This document shows positions 30,013-40,830 of a DNA stretch of 64,000 bases, in pieces. The stretch comes from Planctomycetota bacterium (GTDB taxonomy: Bacteria; Planctomycetota; UBA8108; SXIK01), in assembly GCA_965223265.1 (NCBI GenBank), contig OZ244999.1:3424001-3488000 (forward strand), read 5' to 3'. The notes under the pieces were generated by a model. It made no database searches. It saw only the letters and a list, made by a program, of their open reading frames with translations, and was not told where the DNA came from. Made by a program: the position numbers and the translations under genes. Numbering within the stretch: the first letter of the stretch is position 1; each line of letters begins with the position of its first letter.

Positions 30013-32919
30013 CTATCTGGGACGAGGAGTCGTTGACTCGCTTCCAAGGTTGAACACTGGGCGAAAACCGGTAACGGGTAGTCTGCTTTGTGGCGCGAGA
30101 CCGTGTCGGTACGCGGAGCGACAATGGACCGCGTGATGCATCCAACTGCCACCGCGCACAGAGCGCAGCTTACTGCCGGATTGAGCCACGGGGTCCAGCG
30201 CGGACGCGTCCTCGCGTGCGTAGAAGTCCGGGTCGAAGACGTCGGCGCACCACTCCATGACGTTGCCGTGCATGTTGTGGAGGCCGAATCCGTTGGCGCG
30301 GAAAGCGTCGACTGGTACCGTTTTGCCACGACGACGTCCCTCGGCTGCGCCGGGCGTGGGATGGCGCCCGTCGAAATTGAACGCATCGTCGCCGGGGTTA
30401 ACGCCGATGCCAAACGCACCGGCCGCCCCGCCGCGCGCAGCATACTCCCACTGCGCTTCACTCGGGAGTTCAAGGCCAGCGAGCTGGCAGAATTTGACAC
30501 AATCGTCCCAGGAAACCCGCTCGACCGGCAGAGAGCCACCGCGAAACTGCGACGCGCTGTTTTTGTCCATCACGTAGCGCCAGTCAGACTGCGAGACCTC
30601 GTATTTGGCGATCAGAAACGAGCTCAACGTGACCTCGTGGACGGGTCGTTCCTCGGGGGCGCCAGTGTCGGCGGGCGGTGTACCCATGCGGAATGTTGTT
30701 CCCGGCAGGTGCACCATACGAAGTCCGCTGTCGATATGGCGGTACTCCGGCAGGCCTTTGTCGTTGATCATCAGAAAGGTGAGACCAGGGATTCGCAAAC
30801 GAGCATCGCGTGTTGGTGGCGCTGGAGTGGCAGCGCCACCTGGGTTGACGGAGGGCTGGGTGGGAGATTTGCGGAGAACCGTCACCGCGGAGTCGACCGC
30901 CGGGTTCGAGACCGAATCCGAGCGCGCGGTAGATTCGACGTCCGAGCTGAGAGGCGCTTCGGGATCGCCGCTTGTGAGCTCTGTGATCGTCCCAGCCGCG
31001 GTGGGCGGTACCCGCAGCGCAGCGCCTGTGTCATCAGAGCTTTCATCGGGTCGAGGCAACCTGAGCTCTCCCGGCGCGGTGTCTGCCCGAGACACCGAAG
31101 GCGCGTGCGCGTCGGGACGCGAAGGCACCACCGATTCCGACGCCACAACTAGTTCTGTCGCGGCGCTTTCCTCGACGTCGGGTTCCCCCTTGGGTTCTGT
31201 CTCGCCGCTCTCAGTTTCTGGATTCGACGCTGTCGCCGACTTCACCTCCCGATCCACCCCAGCATCCGTGCCCGTCGCTTCTGCCTCTGTCTCTGTCTCC
31301 GTCTCTGTCTCCGTCTCTGTCTCCGTCTCTGTCTCCGTCTCTGTCTCCGTCTCTGTCTCTGCTTCTGTCTCCGTCTCTGCTTCTGTCTCTGCCCCCGCCC
31401 CTGCCTCAGTCTCTGAATCTTCTCCTCCTCCCGCTGCTTCTCCTCCTCCCGCTGCTTCTTCTTCCACCGCCGCACCTACCGCCGCACCTGCCTCGTCCGC
31501 TCTCGTCTCTCCTCCCACCTCTCCGCCCGATGTCGCCGCCACGAGAGCCTGCGACGCCAACGATGCATCCCTCTCGGCGCCGTCGTCTGCGACGAATCCG
31601 GAAATCACGTCGTTCACCGATTCCGGCGCCACGGTCGCTGCCGCTACCGCGTTCGTGGCGTCACGATCGGCATGTGGCGCTCGGCTGACGTCTCCAGACG
31701 CGGCGTTGTCAGCGGCCCCGCCGACGACCAAGAATCCGACTGCGATGATCGCGATGCAGACGATCCCCGCGACAGCACCCGCCAGCCATCTGCGGCGGCG
31801 CGCCGGCACAGGGGGGCTGAGGTTTGGTAGTGTCGCGGCTTCGCTCAAACCGGTCTGGGACACGCGATCGAGTCGTGAGCGTGCCAGTGCGGCTCGCGTG
31901 GCTTCGCCAATGCGAGAAATCACCGCCGCCGGTGGGGGGGAGACAACGCTACAGTGGTTCGCATGATCCGCCTCGGCCGGGACCGACGGAATGGAGTTGA
32001 GGTTTCGTGCGCGGACGATGCGATCAAGTTCGCTGACGAGCGCGTTCGCCGTCGCGTAGCGCTTTCGCGGATCGTGATCGGTGCAGCGCCTGAGGAGCTC
32101 CGCGATCTCGCCGGGAACGTCGTCACGCTCGGCCCCGACGTTGGGAAAGTCTTCCATGCAGACGCGACGCATCACCGCCGGGCGCGTCGCGCAGTCGTAC
32201 GCATCCCGGCCAGCAAGAAGGAAGAAGAGCGTCGCACCGAGCGCCCAGACGTCGCCGGGGGGGCCGACGCGATTCAGTCCTTCCCACTGCTCCGGGGGCA
32301 TGTAGCGAGGGGTACCCATGGGGACATGTGACAGGGTCAGACCCGAGCCGGAGTTGTCGTCGCTCTCCTCGTCAATGAGTCGGCCGAGCCCGAGGTCTCC
32401 GAGCTTCACTTTGCCTTCGAGCGAGATCAAAATGTTGTCCGGTTTGATATCGCGGTGCACGATGCCTTCTTCGTGCGCCGCTGCGAGGCCTCGCGCCGCC
32501 ATCAGAACGAGTGTCACGGCCTCAGCGATGGGCAGTTGCCCTTTGCGCACGACGCGTTCGCGCGCTGTCTCGCCGCGGACGTACTCCATGATCATGTAGT
32601 GCAGTCCGTAGCGATGCCCGACGTCAAACACCCGCACAAGGTTGGGGTGGGTGACTCGTGCCGCGAGCTTGGCCTCGCGTTCGAATCGCTGCACGAGATC
32701 CGTGCCGCGCGCGAGGTTGGGGAGGAGACACTTCACCGCCACGTCGAGGTCAAACTTGAGGTGCACGCCGCGGTAGACCGCGCCCATACCTCCCTCGCCC
32801 ACCTTGTCGTAGAGGATGCAGGGATCGATGACCTTGTAGCCATCGATTTCCGGTGCGTCCGCGAGCAGCGGATCTGTGACGATGTCGGCGACGAATTGCG
32901 TCGTCATCTCTTCGCGCAT
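30013..32919 (-). CDS. Ser/Thr kinase - TM - acidic linker - FGE/SUMF1-like domain
   Basis: GEGGMG, HRDIKPDN, DLG; C-terminal LPSEAQWEYAARG, NGFGLHNMHGNVMEW, RGGSW. Confidence 0.9.
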   Translation of the reverse strand: MREEMTTQFVADIVTDPLLADAPEIDGYKVIDPCILYDKVGEGGMGAVYRGVHLKFDLDVAVKCLLPNLARGTDLVQRFEREAKLAARVTHPNLVRVFDVGHRYGLHYMIMEYVRGETARERVVRKGQLPIAEAVTLVLMAARGLAAAHEEGIVHRDIKPDNILISLEGKVKLGDLGLGRLIDEESDDNSGSGLTLSHVPMGTPRYMPPEQWEGLNRVGPPGDVWALGATLFFLLAGRDAYDCATRPAVMRRVCMEDFPNVGAERDDVPGEIAELLRRCTDHDPRKRYATANALVSELDRIVRARNLNSIPSVPAEADHANHCSVVSPPPAAVISRIGEATRAALARSRLDRVSQTGLSEAATLPNLSPPVPARRRRWLAGAVAGIVCIAIIAVGFLVVGGAADNAASGDVSRAPHADRDATNAVAAATVAPESVNDVISGFVADDGAERDASLASQALVAATSGGEVGGETRADEAGAAVGAAVEEEAAGGGEAAGGGEDSETEAGAGAETEAETETEAETETETETETETETETETETETETEAEATGTDAGVDREVKSATASNPETESGETEPKGEPDVEESAATELVVASESVVPSRPDAHAPSVSRADTAPGELRLPRPDESSDDTGAALRVPPTAAGTITELTSGDPEAPLSSDVESTARSDSVSNPAVDSAVTVLRKSPTQPSVNPGGAATPAPPTRDARLRIPGLTFLMINDKGLPEYRHIDSGLRMVHLPGTTFRMGTPPADTGAPEERPVHEVTLSSFLIAKYEVSQSDWRYVMDKNSASQFRGGSLPVERVSWDDCVKFCQLAGLELPSEAQWEYAARGGAAGAFGIGVNPGDDAFNFDGRHPTPGAAEGRRRGKTVPVDAFRANGFGLHNMHGNVMEWCADVFDPDFYAREDASALDPVAQSGSKLRSVRGGSWMHHAVHCRSAYRHGLAPQSRLPVTGFRPVFNLGSESTTPRPR
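31278..31456. repeat. Intragenic tandem repeats encoding (ET)n and (EAAGGG)2
   Basis: About 5 units of GTCTCCGTCTCT plus degenerate hexamers (31278-31392), and TCTCCTCCTCCCGCTGCT x2 (31421-31456). Confidence 0.9.
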
Positions 32920-33114
32920 GGCGAGGGCAATCAGGCTCCGGACGAGTTGCCGATCGGAAGGGACTCTCTCCTTAGATCGGCTGCTCCCCGGCGACTTTGA
33001 AGCCCGTTGATCAGCGTCGCGCCGCTTTCTCGGATGTCGTGCGCAGCACCGTCGTCAGCACGTCATTGTTGTCGTTGTCGCCGCGGTCGCCGAGGCGGCG
33101 ACGGTTCGTCCGAT

Positions 33115-33936
33115 CTACAGCTCGTCGTACCACTTCAGTAGCCGGACTTCGATCGCCGCGTCGCCTTTTTGCACCAGCTGCTTGAACTTCGCCGGATCCT
33201 GTGTGCCGCCTTCGCCGCGACCGCGATAGTGATATGGAATCACGACTGCGGGCTGGAACTCGCGAACTGCCGACGCGGCGCTCTCCGCGGTCATGGTGTA
33301 AGGCAGATTCATGCAGACGAACGCCACATCTATCTTCTGCAGCTGGCGCATTTCCGGAACGTCTTCGGTATCGCCGGAGACGTAGACTCGCGTCTCGCCG
33401 AGCGTGACGACGTAGCCGTTTCCACGCCCCTTGGGATGAAACTTCATCCTTTCGGTTGTCAGGTTGTACATTGGAATCGCTTCGATTGTGATGCCCTGCG
33501 CCGTGGTCGATTCGCCGTTAGCGAGACGCACAACCGACGTTTGATCGATGCCTGCTTCGATCAGTTTCGAGGCGACGGCGTGGGGAGCGACGATCGTCGT
33601 TCGATTCTGTCGCACAGCCTTGATCGTATCTGGATGCATATGATCCCCGTGAATGTCCGTCACCAAAATGAGCTGTGGGCCCGGGTGTCCTTGAAAGCGC
33701 TGCACGCCGCCGACTGGATCGACGAAGATGGTCTTGCCGTTCCAGCGCATGACGAATGTGGCGTGTTCGAGAGCGTGGACACGAAGCTTCCCTTTCGCCG
33801 TGTCGATCTCGGTGGTGGCGATTTTGTCTTCAGTCGCAGCTGCACGAGGAGCGGCGTTTTCGGCGAACGCGCCGCCGACGATCCACCCGATCGTGACGAG
33901 CACCAGCACTCGCGACAAGGGCGTTTGAGTTTTCAT
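33115..33936 (-). CDS. Exported MBL-fold metallo-hydrolase
   Basis: Signal peptide; TDIHGDH, YVSGDTE, IPYHY. Confidence 0.88.
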   Translation of the reverse strand: MKTQTPLSRVLVLVTIGWIVGGAFAENAAPRAAATEDKIATTEIDTAKGKLRVHALEHATFVMRWNGKTIFVDPVGGVQRFQGHPGPQLILVTDIHGDHMHPDTIKAVRQNRTTIVAPHAVASKLIEAGIDQTSVVRLANGESTTAQGITIEAIPMYNLTTERMKFHPKGRGNGYVVTLGETRVYVSGDTEDVPEMRQLQKIDVAFVCMNLPYTMTAESAASAVREFQPAVVIPYHYRGRGEGGTQDPAKFKQLVQKGDAAIEVRLLKWYDEL

Positions 33937-33977
33937 GGTGAGCTCCTACCTTCGAGACGAAGCTGAACGGCGCGTGC

Positions 33978-35318
33978 TTACAACCTCATGATCGAAATGT
34001 TTCGAAACTGCACAGGATCGCCGTGCCCGGCAAAGCCGAAGTGTCCTTCTTTCAGATCATGCCCGATGTACTTGCTTCGATCGCCACCCATGAAGTCCTC
34101 TACCTGCGAGAGGTCGGCGTCGACGATCGTCGTGCCGTTCAATTCGACTTTGATTCGCGAGCCGATCACCGTGACTTGCTGAAAATTCCACTCACCGACC
34201 GGCCGTAAATAACCGCGGTGGGCCGCAACTTTGCCGTAGACGGAACCGTGAAACTGGCGCGGGTCGAGTCCTTCATCGGCGTAGCTGGAGTTGTCGAGCA
34301 CCTGCAGCTCGCACATACCACCGTAAGCTGGGTCGTTGACGCTGCCATTAGGGGCATTGGGGACGATGCCTGGAAAGCGGATAGCGAGCCCGTTGTTACC
34401 ATGGTGCGGCAGGCGAAACTCGAGGCGAACGATGAAGTCGCCGTAGATCTCGGTGGTGTAGAGCGTGCCACCCTTGCCCTTCTTACACTGAATGGCTCCA
34501 TCGACGACCTCGTACGACTCGACGGCGCCCTCCCAGCCGTCGAGGTTGCGGCCGTTAAAGACCGAGACGAAGCCGTTGTTGCCAAGAAACGCGCGCGCTT
34601 CCTGCGGAGCGATTTCGCGAACGAAGATGTTGCGCCAGCGAATTTCACCACCGTGCGTCTGCAGCTGGATCGGCCCGGTCGGGAAGAGCGGCTGGCTGCG
34701 ATCCCAGGTGTTCTCCATTACTGCGTTGTCGACCACCAGGAGACCGTTGAGGTAGACGGTAGTGCGGTCGCCGATCTGAATGATGCGGAATCGATTCCAC
34801 TCGCCAAACGGCCGGTCCGCATGCACCAGCGGGTCCTTGCCGGGCTTACCTTGGCCGTTGTTCCATAGACCCCCAGAGCCTTTGAGGGCACCGAGCGATT
34901 CCTTGCCGCCCTCGGGTGTGGTGTCCCAGATTTGCACCTGCGGCGTTGCCCGAAGGTAGATGCCGCTATCGGCCTTGGCCACGGTCTTGTAGTCGATGAG
35001 GAGCTCAATATCGCCGAACTGCTGGTCGGTCGTCAGATAGGGTCCTTCGCCGTCGTTGACGATTTCCCCGTTTTCGACGTGCCAGTGCTTGAGCATCGCG
35101 TCGAGATCGTGCGCACGTTTTTCGGCTCGCTCCGTCGGGTTCATCGCGGCCAACTTTCTGGGGTCGAAATGCCCCATCCCATGCCAGCCGGTGAGATCTT
35201 TGCCGTTGAACAGAGCGACGAAGCCCGGCGGTGGGACGTTGAGTTGATCGTCCGCAGTCAGTGGAAGATCGCAGAATGCGCCGTATGCGACGACGACCAT
35301 CAGCACGCGCTGTATCAT
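33978..35318 (-). CDS. Tandem DUF1080 (3-keto-disaccharide hydrolase-like) protein
   Basis: LFNGKDLTGW/VFNGRNLDGW, GEWN, LQTHGG..WRNI and FAGHG..FRNI; signal peptide. Confidence 0.88.
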   Translation of the reverse strand: MIQRVLMVVVAYGAFCDLPLTADDQLNVPPPGFVALFNGKDLTGWHGMGHFDPRKLAAMNPTERAEKRAHDLDAMLKHWHVENGEIVNDGEGPYLTTDQQFGDIELLIDYKTVAKADSGIYLRATPQVQIWDTTPEGGKESLGALKGSGGLWNNGQGKPGKDPLVHADRPFGEWNRFRIIQIGDRTTVYLNGLLVVDNAVMENTWDRSQPLFPTGPIQLQTHGGEIRWRNIFVREIAPQEARAFLGNNGFVSVFNGRNLDGWEGAVESYEVVDGAIQCKKGKGGTLYTTEIYGDFIVRLEFRLPHHGNNGLAIRFPGIVPNAPNGSVNDPAYGGMCELQVLDNSSYADEGLDPRQFHGSVYGKVAAHRGYLRPVGEWNFQQVTVIGSRIKVELNGTTIVDADLSQVEDFMGGDRSKYIGHDLKEGHFGFAGHGDPVQFRNISIMRL

Positions 35319-35481
35319 GCTCGCTCCTTGTGGCTCTTCTGTCAGAACCGTCGCTCTCTTCGAGTTTTGTAGGTGTTGGCTTTGTGGGTCTGGCGGGACA
35401 GGCGACGATTAGGGTATACCCGAGGCCTGCTGGTCGTCCAGTCAGAGCGCGCGAGTTTTCCGTCGGCCGTCAACAAGCACG

Positions 35482-37785
35482 ATGAAGACAGATTCAGAAC
35501 CCATCGTCAAAGATCTCGTCCTTGTCGGCGGTGGGCACAGCCACGTGATCGTCATGAAGCGGTTCGGGATGAAGCCGCTCCCGGGCGTTCGCTTGACGCT
35601 GATCGCACGGGACGTTCACACCCCGTATTCCGGCATGTTGCCCGGCTTTGTGGCCGGGCACTATGACTTCGACGATATCCACATCGACCTTGGTCGTTTG
35701 GCCATGTTCGCCGGGGTGCGGCTCTTTCATGACGAGGTCATTGGTCTCGATCCGGGCGCGCGCCTTCTTCGCTGTCGGGGCAGACCGCCAGTCCCCTACG
35801 ACGTCGTATCGATCAACATCGGTTCGACGCCCAGCCTTCGTGGTCTCGACGAAACTTCAGCCGCGCGCGTGGTGCCCGTGAAACCGGTCAACAACTTCGT
35901 CGGCCGTTGGGAAGCCTTGAAGGAGCGCATCCTCGCGGCTGCAGGTGCCGTGCGCATTGGATTGATCGGTGCTGGCGCCGGCGGGGTCGAGCTGTGTCTA
36001 TCAATGCAGCACCGTTTGCAGCGGCTCGTGGCCGAGCGTGGTGACGCTGACGCCGCGGCGGCATCGCAGCTTGAGTTTCAGCTTTTCACGGCGTCCGATA
36101 CGATTCTTCCGACTCACAATCCACGCGTGCGCCGAAAACTCGAGCGAGTGCTGCGCGAACGACACGTTGGCGTCTACACGCGGACACCGGTGGCGTCGGT
36201 CGAGCCTGGCGCCATCGTCACCGGCGACGGGCGCAGATTCCAGCTTGACGAGGTGGTGTGGGTAACCCAGGCGGCCGCGGCTCCTTGGGTGGCTGAGTCG
36301 GGCCTGGATGTCGATGACGACGGCTTTATCGTGGTGAACGACTCGCTCCAGTCCACCTCGCACGAGGAGGTGTTCGCGGCCGGCGACATAGCGGCCATGG
36401 TGAACCATCGCCGTGAGAAAGCGGGGGTCTTCGCGGTGCGACAAGGCAAGCCCCTGGCGGAGAACCTGGGCCGCGCACTGCGCGCCGAGCCTCTCGTAGC
36501 GATGACGCCGCAGAGCCGGTTCCTAAGCCTCATCAGCACCGGAGATCGTTACGCGGTCGCCTCACGCGCGGGCTGGGCCCTTGAGGGCAAATGGGTGTGG
36601 CGCTGGAAGGACTGGATCGATCGGCGATTCATGCGGCGATTCAGCGACCTCGCGCCAATGTCGACGGCACCACCAACCGGGGCCTTGCTCGCCCTGGCGT
36701 CGGAGTCGGACCGCGCGGAGCTGTCGCGTGCGGCCCTACGCTGTTCTGGCTGCGGCTCAAAGGTAGGGGCGAGCGTTCTCGAACGCGTGCTCGCACGGCT
36801 GACTCCGATCGCGCGGCAAGAGGTCGTTGCCGGTCTCGACGCTCCCGACGACGCTGCGGTGCTACGGGTGCCGCCGGGAAAAGTTGTGGTCAACACCGTA
36901 GATTCGTTTCGGGCACTCATTGACGACCCCTTCCTGTTCGGCAAGATCGCCGCCAACCACGCTCTCAGCGACATTTTCGCTATGGGTGCGGAGCCGATCG
37001 CGGCGCTTGCGATCGTGACGCTGCCGTATGGCGTCGAACGGAAAGTAGAAGAAACGCTGGAGCCTTTGCTCGCTGGGGCGCTCGAAGTTCTTGGGGATGC
37101 CGGTGCCGCGCTCGTGGGTGGTCACACGTCTGAAGGTGCGGAGTTGACTCTGGGATTTGCTGTGACGGGCGTCGCGGCTCCTGACGACATCCTTGCCAAG
37201 GGTGGTATGCGTCCAGGTGAGCGGCTCATTCTGACCAAGCCGCTCGGAACTGGCGTCCTCTTCGCGGCGCACATGCGGCTGCAAGCGAAGGGGCGATGGA
37301 TCTCCTCGGCGATCGACATGATGCTGCGATCGAACCGAGACGCCGCGCGCTGCTTTCAGCGCCACGGTGCCACCGCTCTGACCGATATCACCGGCTTCGG
37401 CCTCCTCGGGCATGTCGTCGAGATGGCGCGTGCTAGTGGTATGAGCGTCGAGATCGAACCGACGGCGATTCCTGCCCTCGACGGTGCGATCGAACTTCTC
37501 GGCAGCGGAATTTCCAGCTCACTTCAGCCTTCGAATTTGCGACTGCGGCGTGCAGTGCAGGATGTTGAGGTGTGGGCAGGCCACCCCGTGTATCCGCTGC
37601 TCTTCGATCCGCAAACCTCCGGTGGTCTCGTCGCTTCAGTCCCTAAGGATGCGGTGACCGCTTGCCTGACAGAGCTTCGCGCGCTTGGATGTGAACGAGC
37701 CGCCGAGATCGGCTTCGTCGGCGTTCCAACTGAAGCGACCGAGCGAATCATTCTCCACGAACCATCACGAGTCGAAAAACCATGA
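35482..37785 (+). CDS. selD: FAD-dependent oxidoreductase fused to selenide,water dikinase
   Basis: GGGHSH, YSGMLPG, AAGD, KAGVFAVRQG; RCSGCGSK, DDAAV, GGHT, LTKPLGTG, TDITGFGLLGH, DPQTSGGL. Confidence 0.9.
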   Translation: MKTDSEPIVKDLVLVGGGHSHVIVMKRFGMKPLPGVRLTLIARDVHTPYSGMLPGFVAGHYDFDDIHIDLGRLAMFAGVRLFHDEVIGLDPGARLLRCRGRPPVPYDVVSINIGSTPSLRGLDETSAARVVPVKPVNNFVGRWEALKERILAAAGAVRIGLIGAGAGGVELCLSMQHRLQRLVAERGDADAAAASQLEFQLFTASDTILPTHNPRVRRKLERVLRERHVGVYTRTPVASVEPGAIVTGDGRRFQLDEVVWVTQAAAAPWVAESGLDVDDDGFIVVNDSLQSTSHEEVFAAGDIAAMVNHRREKAGVFAVRQGKPLAENLGRALRAEPLVAMTPQSRFLSLISTGDRYAVASRAGWALEGKWVWRWKDWIDRRFMRRFSDLAPMSTAPPTGALLALASESDRAELSRAALRCSGCGSKVGASVLERVLARLTPIARQEVVAGLDAPDDAAVLRVPPGKVVVNTVDSFRALIDDPFLFGKIAANHALSDIFAMGAEPIAALAIVTLPYGVERKVEETLEPLLAGALEVLGDAGAALVGGHTSEGAELTLGFAVTGVAAPDDILAKGGMRPGERLILTKPLGTGVLFAAHMRLQAKGRWISSAIDMMLRSNRDAARCFQRHGATALTDITGFGLLGHVVEMARASGMSVEIEPTAIPALDGAIELLGSGISSSLQPSNLRLRRAVQDVEVWAGHPVYPLLFDPQTSGGLVASVPKDAVTACLTELRALGCERAAEIGFVGVPTEATERIILHEPSRVEKP

Positions 37786-38744
37786 CCGAACGAGTCGTCT
37801 ACTTGAGCGGTGAGTATGTTCCCGAGCACGAGGCTCAAATCTCGATTTTCGACTCAGCCCTCATGTTCGGCGACATGGCGTTCGAAATGACACGAACGTT
37901 TCGAGGCGAGCCGTTCAAATTGCGAGAGCATCTTGAGCGACTGTTCACGTCGCTACGATTGCTTGAGATCGACTGTGGCATGTCGATCGACGAGATGGAA
38001 GACGTGACGCAGGATGTTCTTGCACGCAACCGCGCCACGGAACCGGAGGACGTCGATTGGCAGATCATGCATGACGTCTCGCGCGGACCGCTTGGGCTTT
38101 ATCAAAGCGTTTTCGCGCGCGGGGTCCGGCCGACCGTGTCGATCAACTGCTGGCCGCTCGTGACGCACATGGGATCATTCGCCGCCACATATGACTCCGG
38201 CGTGCATGTTGCCATACCGGCGCAGCAGGCACTCCCAGCACACCTCGTCGATCCGAAAGCCAAGACTCGCAGTCGCATGCACTATCAGCTCGCGCTCCTG
38301 CAAGCCAAACGTATGGGGGATGGCGTCTGGCCCGTCCTGCTCGATCCAGACGGTTTCCTCGCCGAAGGCCCCGGTTGGAACATCTTCCTCGTCAAGGATG
38401 GCGCTCTCTACACCTCCGAGCCGAGAAACATCCTCTTGGGGGTGAGTCGCGCCGCCACGATGCAGCTCGCGCGCGAGCTCGGTATCGAGGTGCGCGAAAA
38501 GAACCTGGGCCGCCTCGAAGCTCTCGACGCGGATGAGATCTTTTGCACGGCGACCACGTTTTGCCTCGTGCACGCGGTCAGTTTCGAGGGACAAGCGCTT
38601 GGTGCGGCTTCGCCCGGACCGTTGTTCAAACGCCTCCGGGCCGCGTGGCAAGAACACGTTGGGCTCGACTTTGTTGCCCAGGCGCACTCCTATGCTCAGC
38701 GACTCCCCGAGTGGGAATCCGCACAAGTCCGCCGGGCGCGCTGA
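37782..38744 (+). CDS. Aminotransferase class IV (PLP fold IV)
   Basis: GDMAFE, KAKTRS, EGPGWNIF, ILLGVSR, ADEIF; ATGA overlap with selD. Confidence 0.88.
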   Translation: MTERVVYLSGEYVPEHEAQISIFDSALMFGDMAFEMTRTFRGEPFKLREHLERLFTSLRLLEIDCGMSIDEMEDVTQDVLARNRATEPEDVDWQIMHDVSRGPLGLYQSVFARGVRPTVSINCWPLVTHMGSFAATYDSGVHVAIPAQQALPAHLVDPKAKTRSRMHYQLALLQAKRMGDGVWPVLLDPDGFLAEGPGWNIFLVKDGALYTSEPRNILLGVSRAATMQLARELGIEVREKNLGRLEALDADEIFCTATTFCLVHAVSFEGQALGAASPGPLFKRLRAAWQEHVGLDFVAQAHSYAQRLPEWESAQVRRAR

Positions 38745-38939
38745 ACGGATCGCGAACCGGGGTCGGCCTCCATCGCAAGGCCGCTACGGCGTGGAGCCAG
38801 TCCAAATACCCGGCTAGCTACGGAATTCCCTGAAGAGATTTCGATCGCCGCGGGCACTCCCTGTACAAATGGAAGGGACACCGGCCGGTTCCCGGATTCT
38901 GTCGTGGACCGCCCGTTCCACGGGCGCCAAACAATCCAA

Positions 38940-40787
38940 ATGAACACTGAAGAACTCCTTCGCCATCATGCCTGGATGCGCCCTCTGGCGCGAAGCCTCG
39001 TGCGCGACGACTCGCTTGCGGACGACGTGCTGCAGCAGGCGTGGTTGGCAGCCACCCGAGATGGGAGCGTGAGCGTCCGCTCGCCGGTCGCGTGGTTGTC
39101 GACCCTAGTGCGCCGAGCGGCAGGGCGAATGCATCGCGAGGACTCGCGCCGAAGACGGCGGGAGCACGTCGTCGCCCGCCGCCGGCAGCAGCTCCCAGCC
39201 CCTTCCTCTCACGATGTGCTCGAGCGAGCGGAGATGCAGCGTCAAGTCGTGGAGTCGGTACTGAGCTTGGAAGAGCCTTATCGCTCAACGATCCTCCTGC
39301 GTTACTTCGAGGGGCTGAGCCCGAAGGAGATCGCGCAGCGCGAATCGATTCCCACGGCGACGGTGTGGACCCGCCTACGGCGTGCTCTTGAGAGCCTTCG
39401 TCAGAAGCTCGACGGGGTGCACCAGGGGCGCCGCAAGGCTTGGATGACGTCGCTCCTGCCGATCGCGGGGATTCAGCTGACGACCGAGAAGGCCGCCAGC
39501 GCTGCTAGCGTGACGTCGGGCACGGGTGCCGTCACGACGACGAGTGGAGTTCTCGGAACCGCCGGAGGTGCTATCGTGTCACAGAAACTCGCGATCGCTG
39601 TTGTTAGCGTCGCCGCTCTAGTTGGTGTCGGTGTGGGAATCAGCGTCGGCGCCAGTCATTTTGGCGCTGACATGAGCCGCGACGAGGCCAAGGCGCAATT
39701 TGGCCTAGTGGACCAGTCGGCTCATGAAGATCTTCGCAGACGTTATGAGCAGACCGCCTCAAAGCTGACCGCCCTGCGGTCCGAGCTGAAGACCGCGTCG
39801 AGGGGTGCGGCAAGCGCCGCGGCGCGGCCAGAGGTGCCGGCGGCGGCATCGCAACAACAGGACGACACAGTAGCGTCCAGCAAAGCCCTGTCGGCTTTCG
39901 ATCTGCAGGAGATCAAGGACGCAGATTGGACGCACCTCGGACGTGCAGCTTTCAGCATGCGTGAGCTCATGGCAGAGATCATGGAGACGCAGCGTGCAGG
40001 AAAGCCACCTCCCATCGGGCTGGCCAGCAAGCTCCAAGCGAAGAACCAACAGCTGTTGGCACTTGCCGCGTCGCTGCAGGGGAAGCTGCCGACGCACGTC
40101 ATCGGCAACGGAGAATTCACCCATCCGGCGGTGCTAACGCGCCTCATGGATGGAATGCTCGCGGCCCATGACCTACCGCTTTCGACCGCGCAGCGAGAGT
40201 CTGTCGAGGAGCTAGTTCGCGCGTACGAAATCGAATATGCCGAGCTGCAGGACGACTACGGAGCAGCGACGCCGAATCTTGCGAAGGTTCTCGACGAGCT
40301 TGAAATGAAGCTCGTGGTCATGGAAGACGTGAAGGCCCTTCTCAGCGCAGAACAGCTTGAGTTCGCCTACCCTGAGGCTACCGAAGGCACCATTCCTGCC
40401 GACTTGTTGTCGCCAGGCCTGATGACGATGTCACAGACGTCTCTGCAGCACATCGGCTCCGCCGAAGCAGCGCGTGAGAACTATATGGAATACCTTGGCG
40501 AAGTGTACGAACTCGACTCCGGCCAACTCGCCGCGCTCGAGGAGCCGATCAGCGCATGGGAAGAGGCGATCCAGCCGTACTTGGAGACGCCGTCCGAGAC
40601 GATAGAAATGTTTGGCAGCGTCGATCAAGCCATCGCTGAAGGGCGCGCACACGCTCGTGTGGTGGAGAGCATGGTCTCACTCCCCGGTCTCGACGACGGC
40701 CTGCGCGACCGAATTCTCGGAAGTGTCACATGGCGCGTCACACGCGTGGCGGCGTCGAAGGAGAAGTCGGAACAGGGTCCGCAGTGA
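38940..40787 (+). CDS. ECF sigma factor with TM helix and long C-terminal extension
   Basis: ADDVLQQAWL, LEEPYRSTILLRYFEGLSPKEIA..TVWTRLRRA, followed by a hydrophobic segment and about 350 further residues. Confidence 0.85.
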   Translation: MNTEELLRHHAWMRPLARSLVRDDSLADDVLQQAWLAATRDGSVSVRSPVAWLSTLVRRAAGRMHREDSRRRRREHVVARRRQQLPAPSSHDVLERAEMQRQVVESVLSLEEPYRSTILLRYFEGLSPKEIAQRESIPTATVWTRLRRALESLRQKLDGVHQGRRKAWMTSLLPIAGIQLTTEKAASAASVTSGTGAVTTTSGVLGTAGGAIVSQKLAIAVVSVAALVGVGVGISVGASHFGADMSRDEAKAQFGLVDQSAHEDLRRRYEQTASKLTALRSELKTASRGAASAAARPEVPAAASQQQDDTVASSKALSAFDLQEIKDADWTHLGRAAFSMRELMAEIMETQRAGKPPPIGLASKLQAKNQQLLALAASLQGKLPTHVIGNGEFTHPAVLTRLMDGMLAAHDLPLSTAQRESVEELVRAYEIEYAELQDDYGAATPNLAKVLDELEMKLVVMEDVKALLSAEQLEFAYPEATEGTIPADLLSPGLMTMSQTSLQHIGSAEAARENYMEYLGEVYELDSGQLAALEEPISAWEEAIQPYLETPSETIEMFGSVDQAIAEGRAHARVVESMVSLPGLDDGLRDRILGSVTWRVTRVAASKEKSEQGPQ

Positions 40788-40830
40788 GCGCCGACTGACA
40801 TTTCGAGTCGTGTCGCGATGCATCATGAAT

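Noticed and set aside
31278-31392. Tandem repeats as a CRISPR array
   Set aside because: 6-12 bp units with no spacers, inside a CDS; no cas genes in the window.
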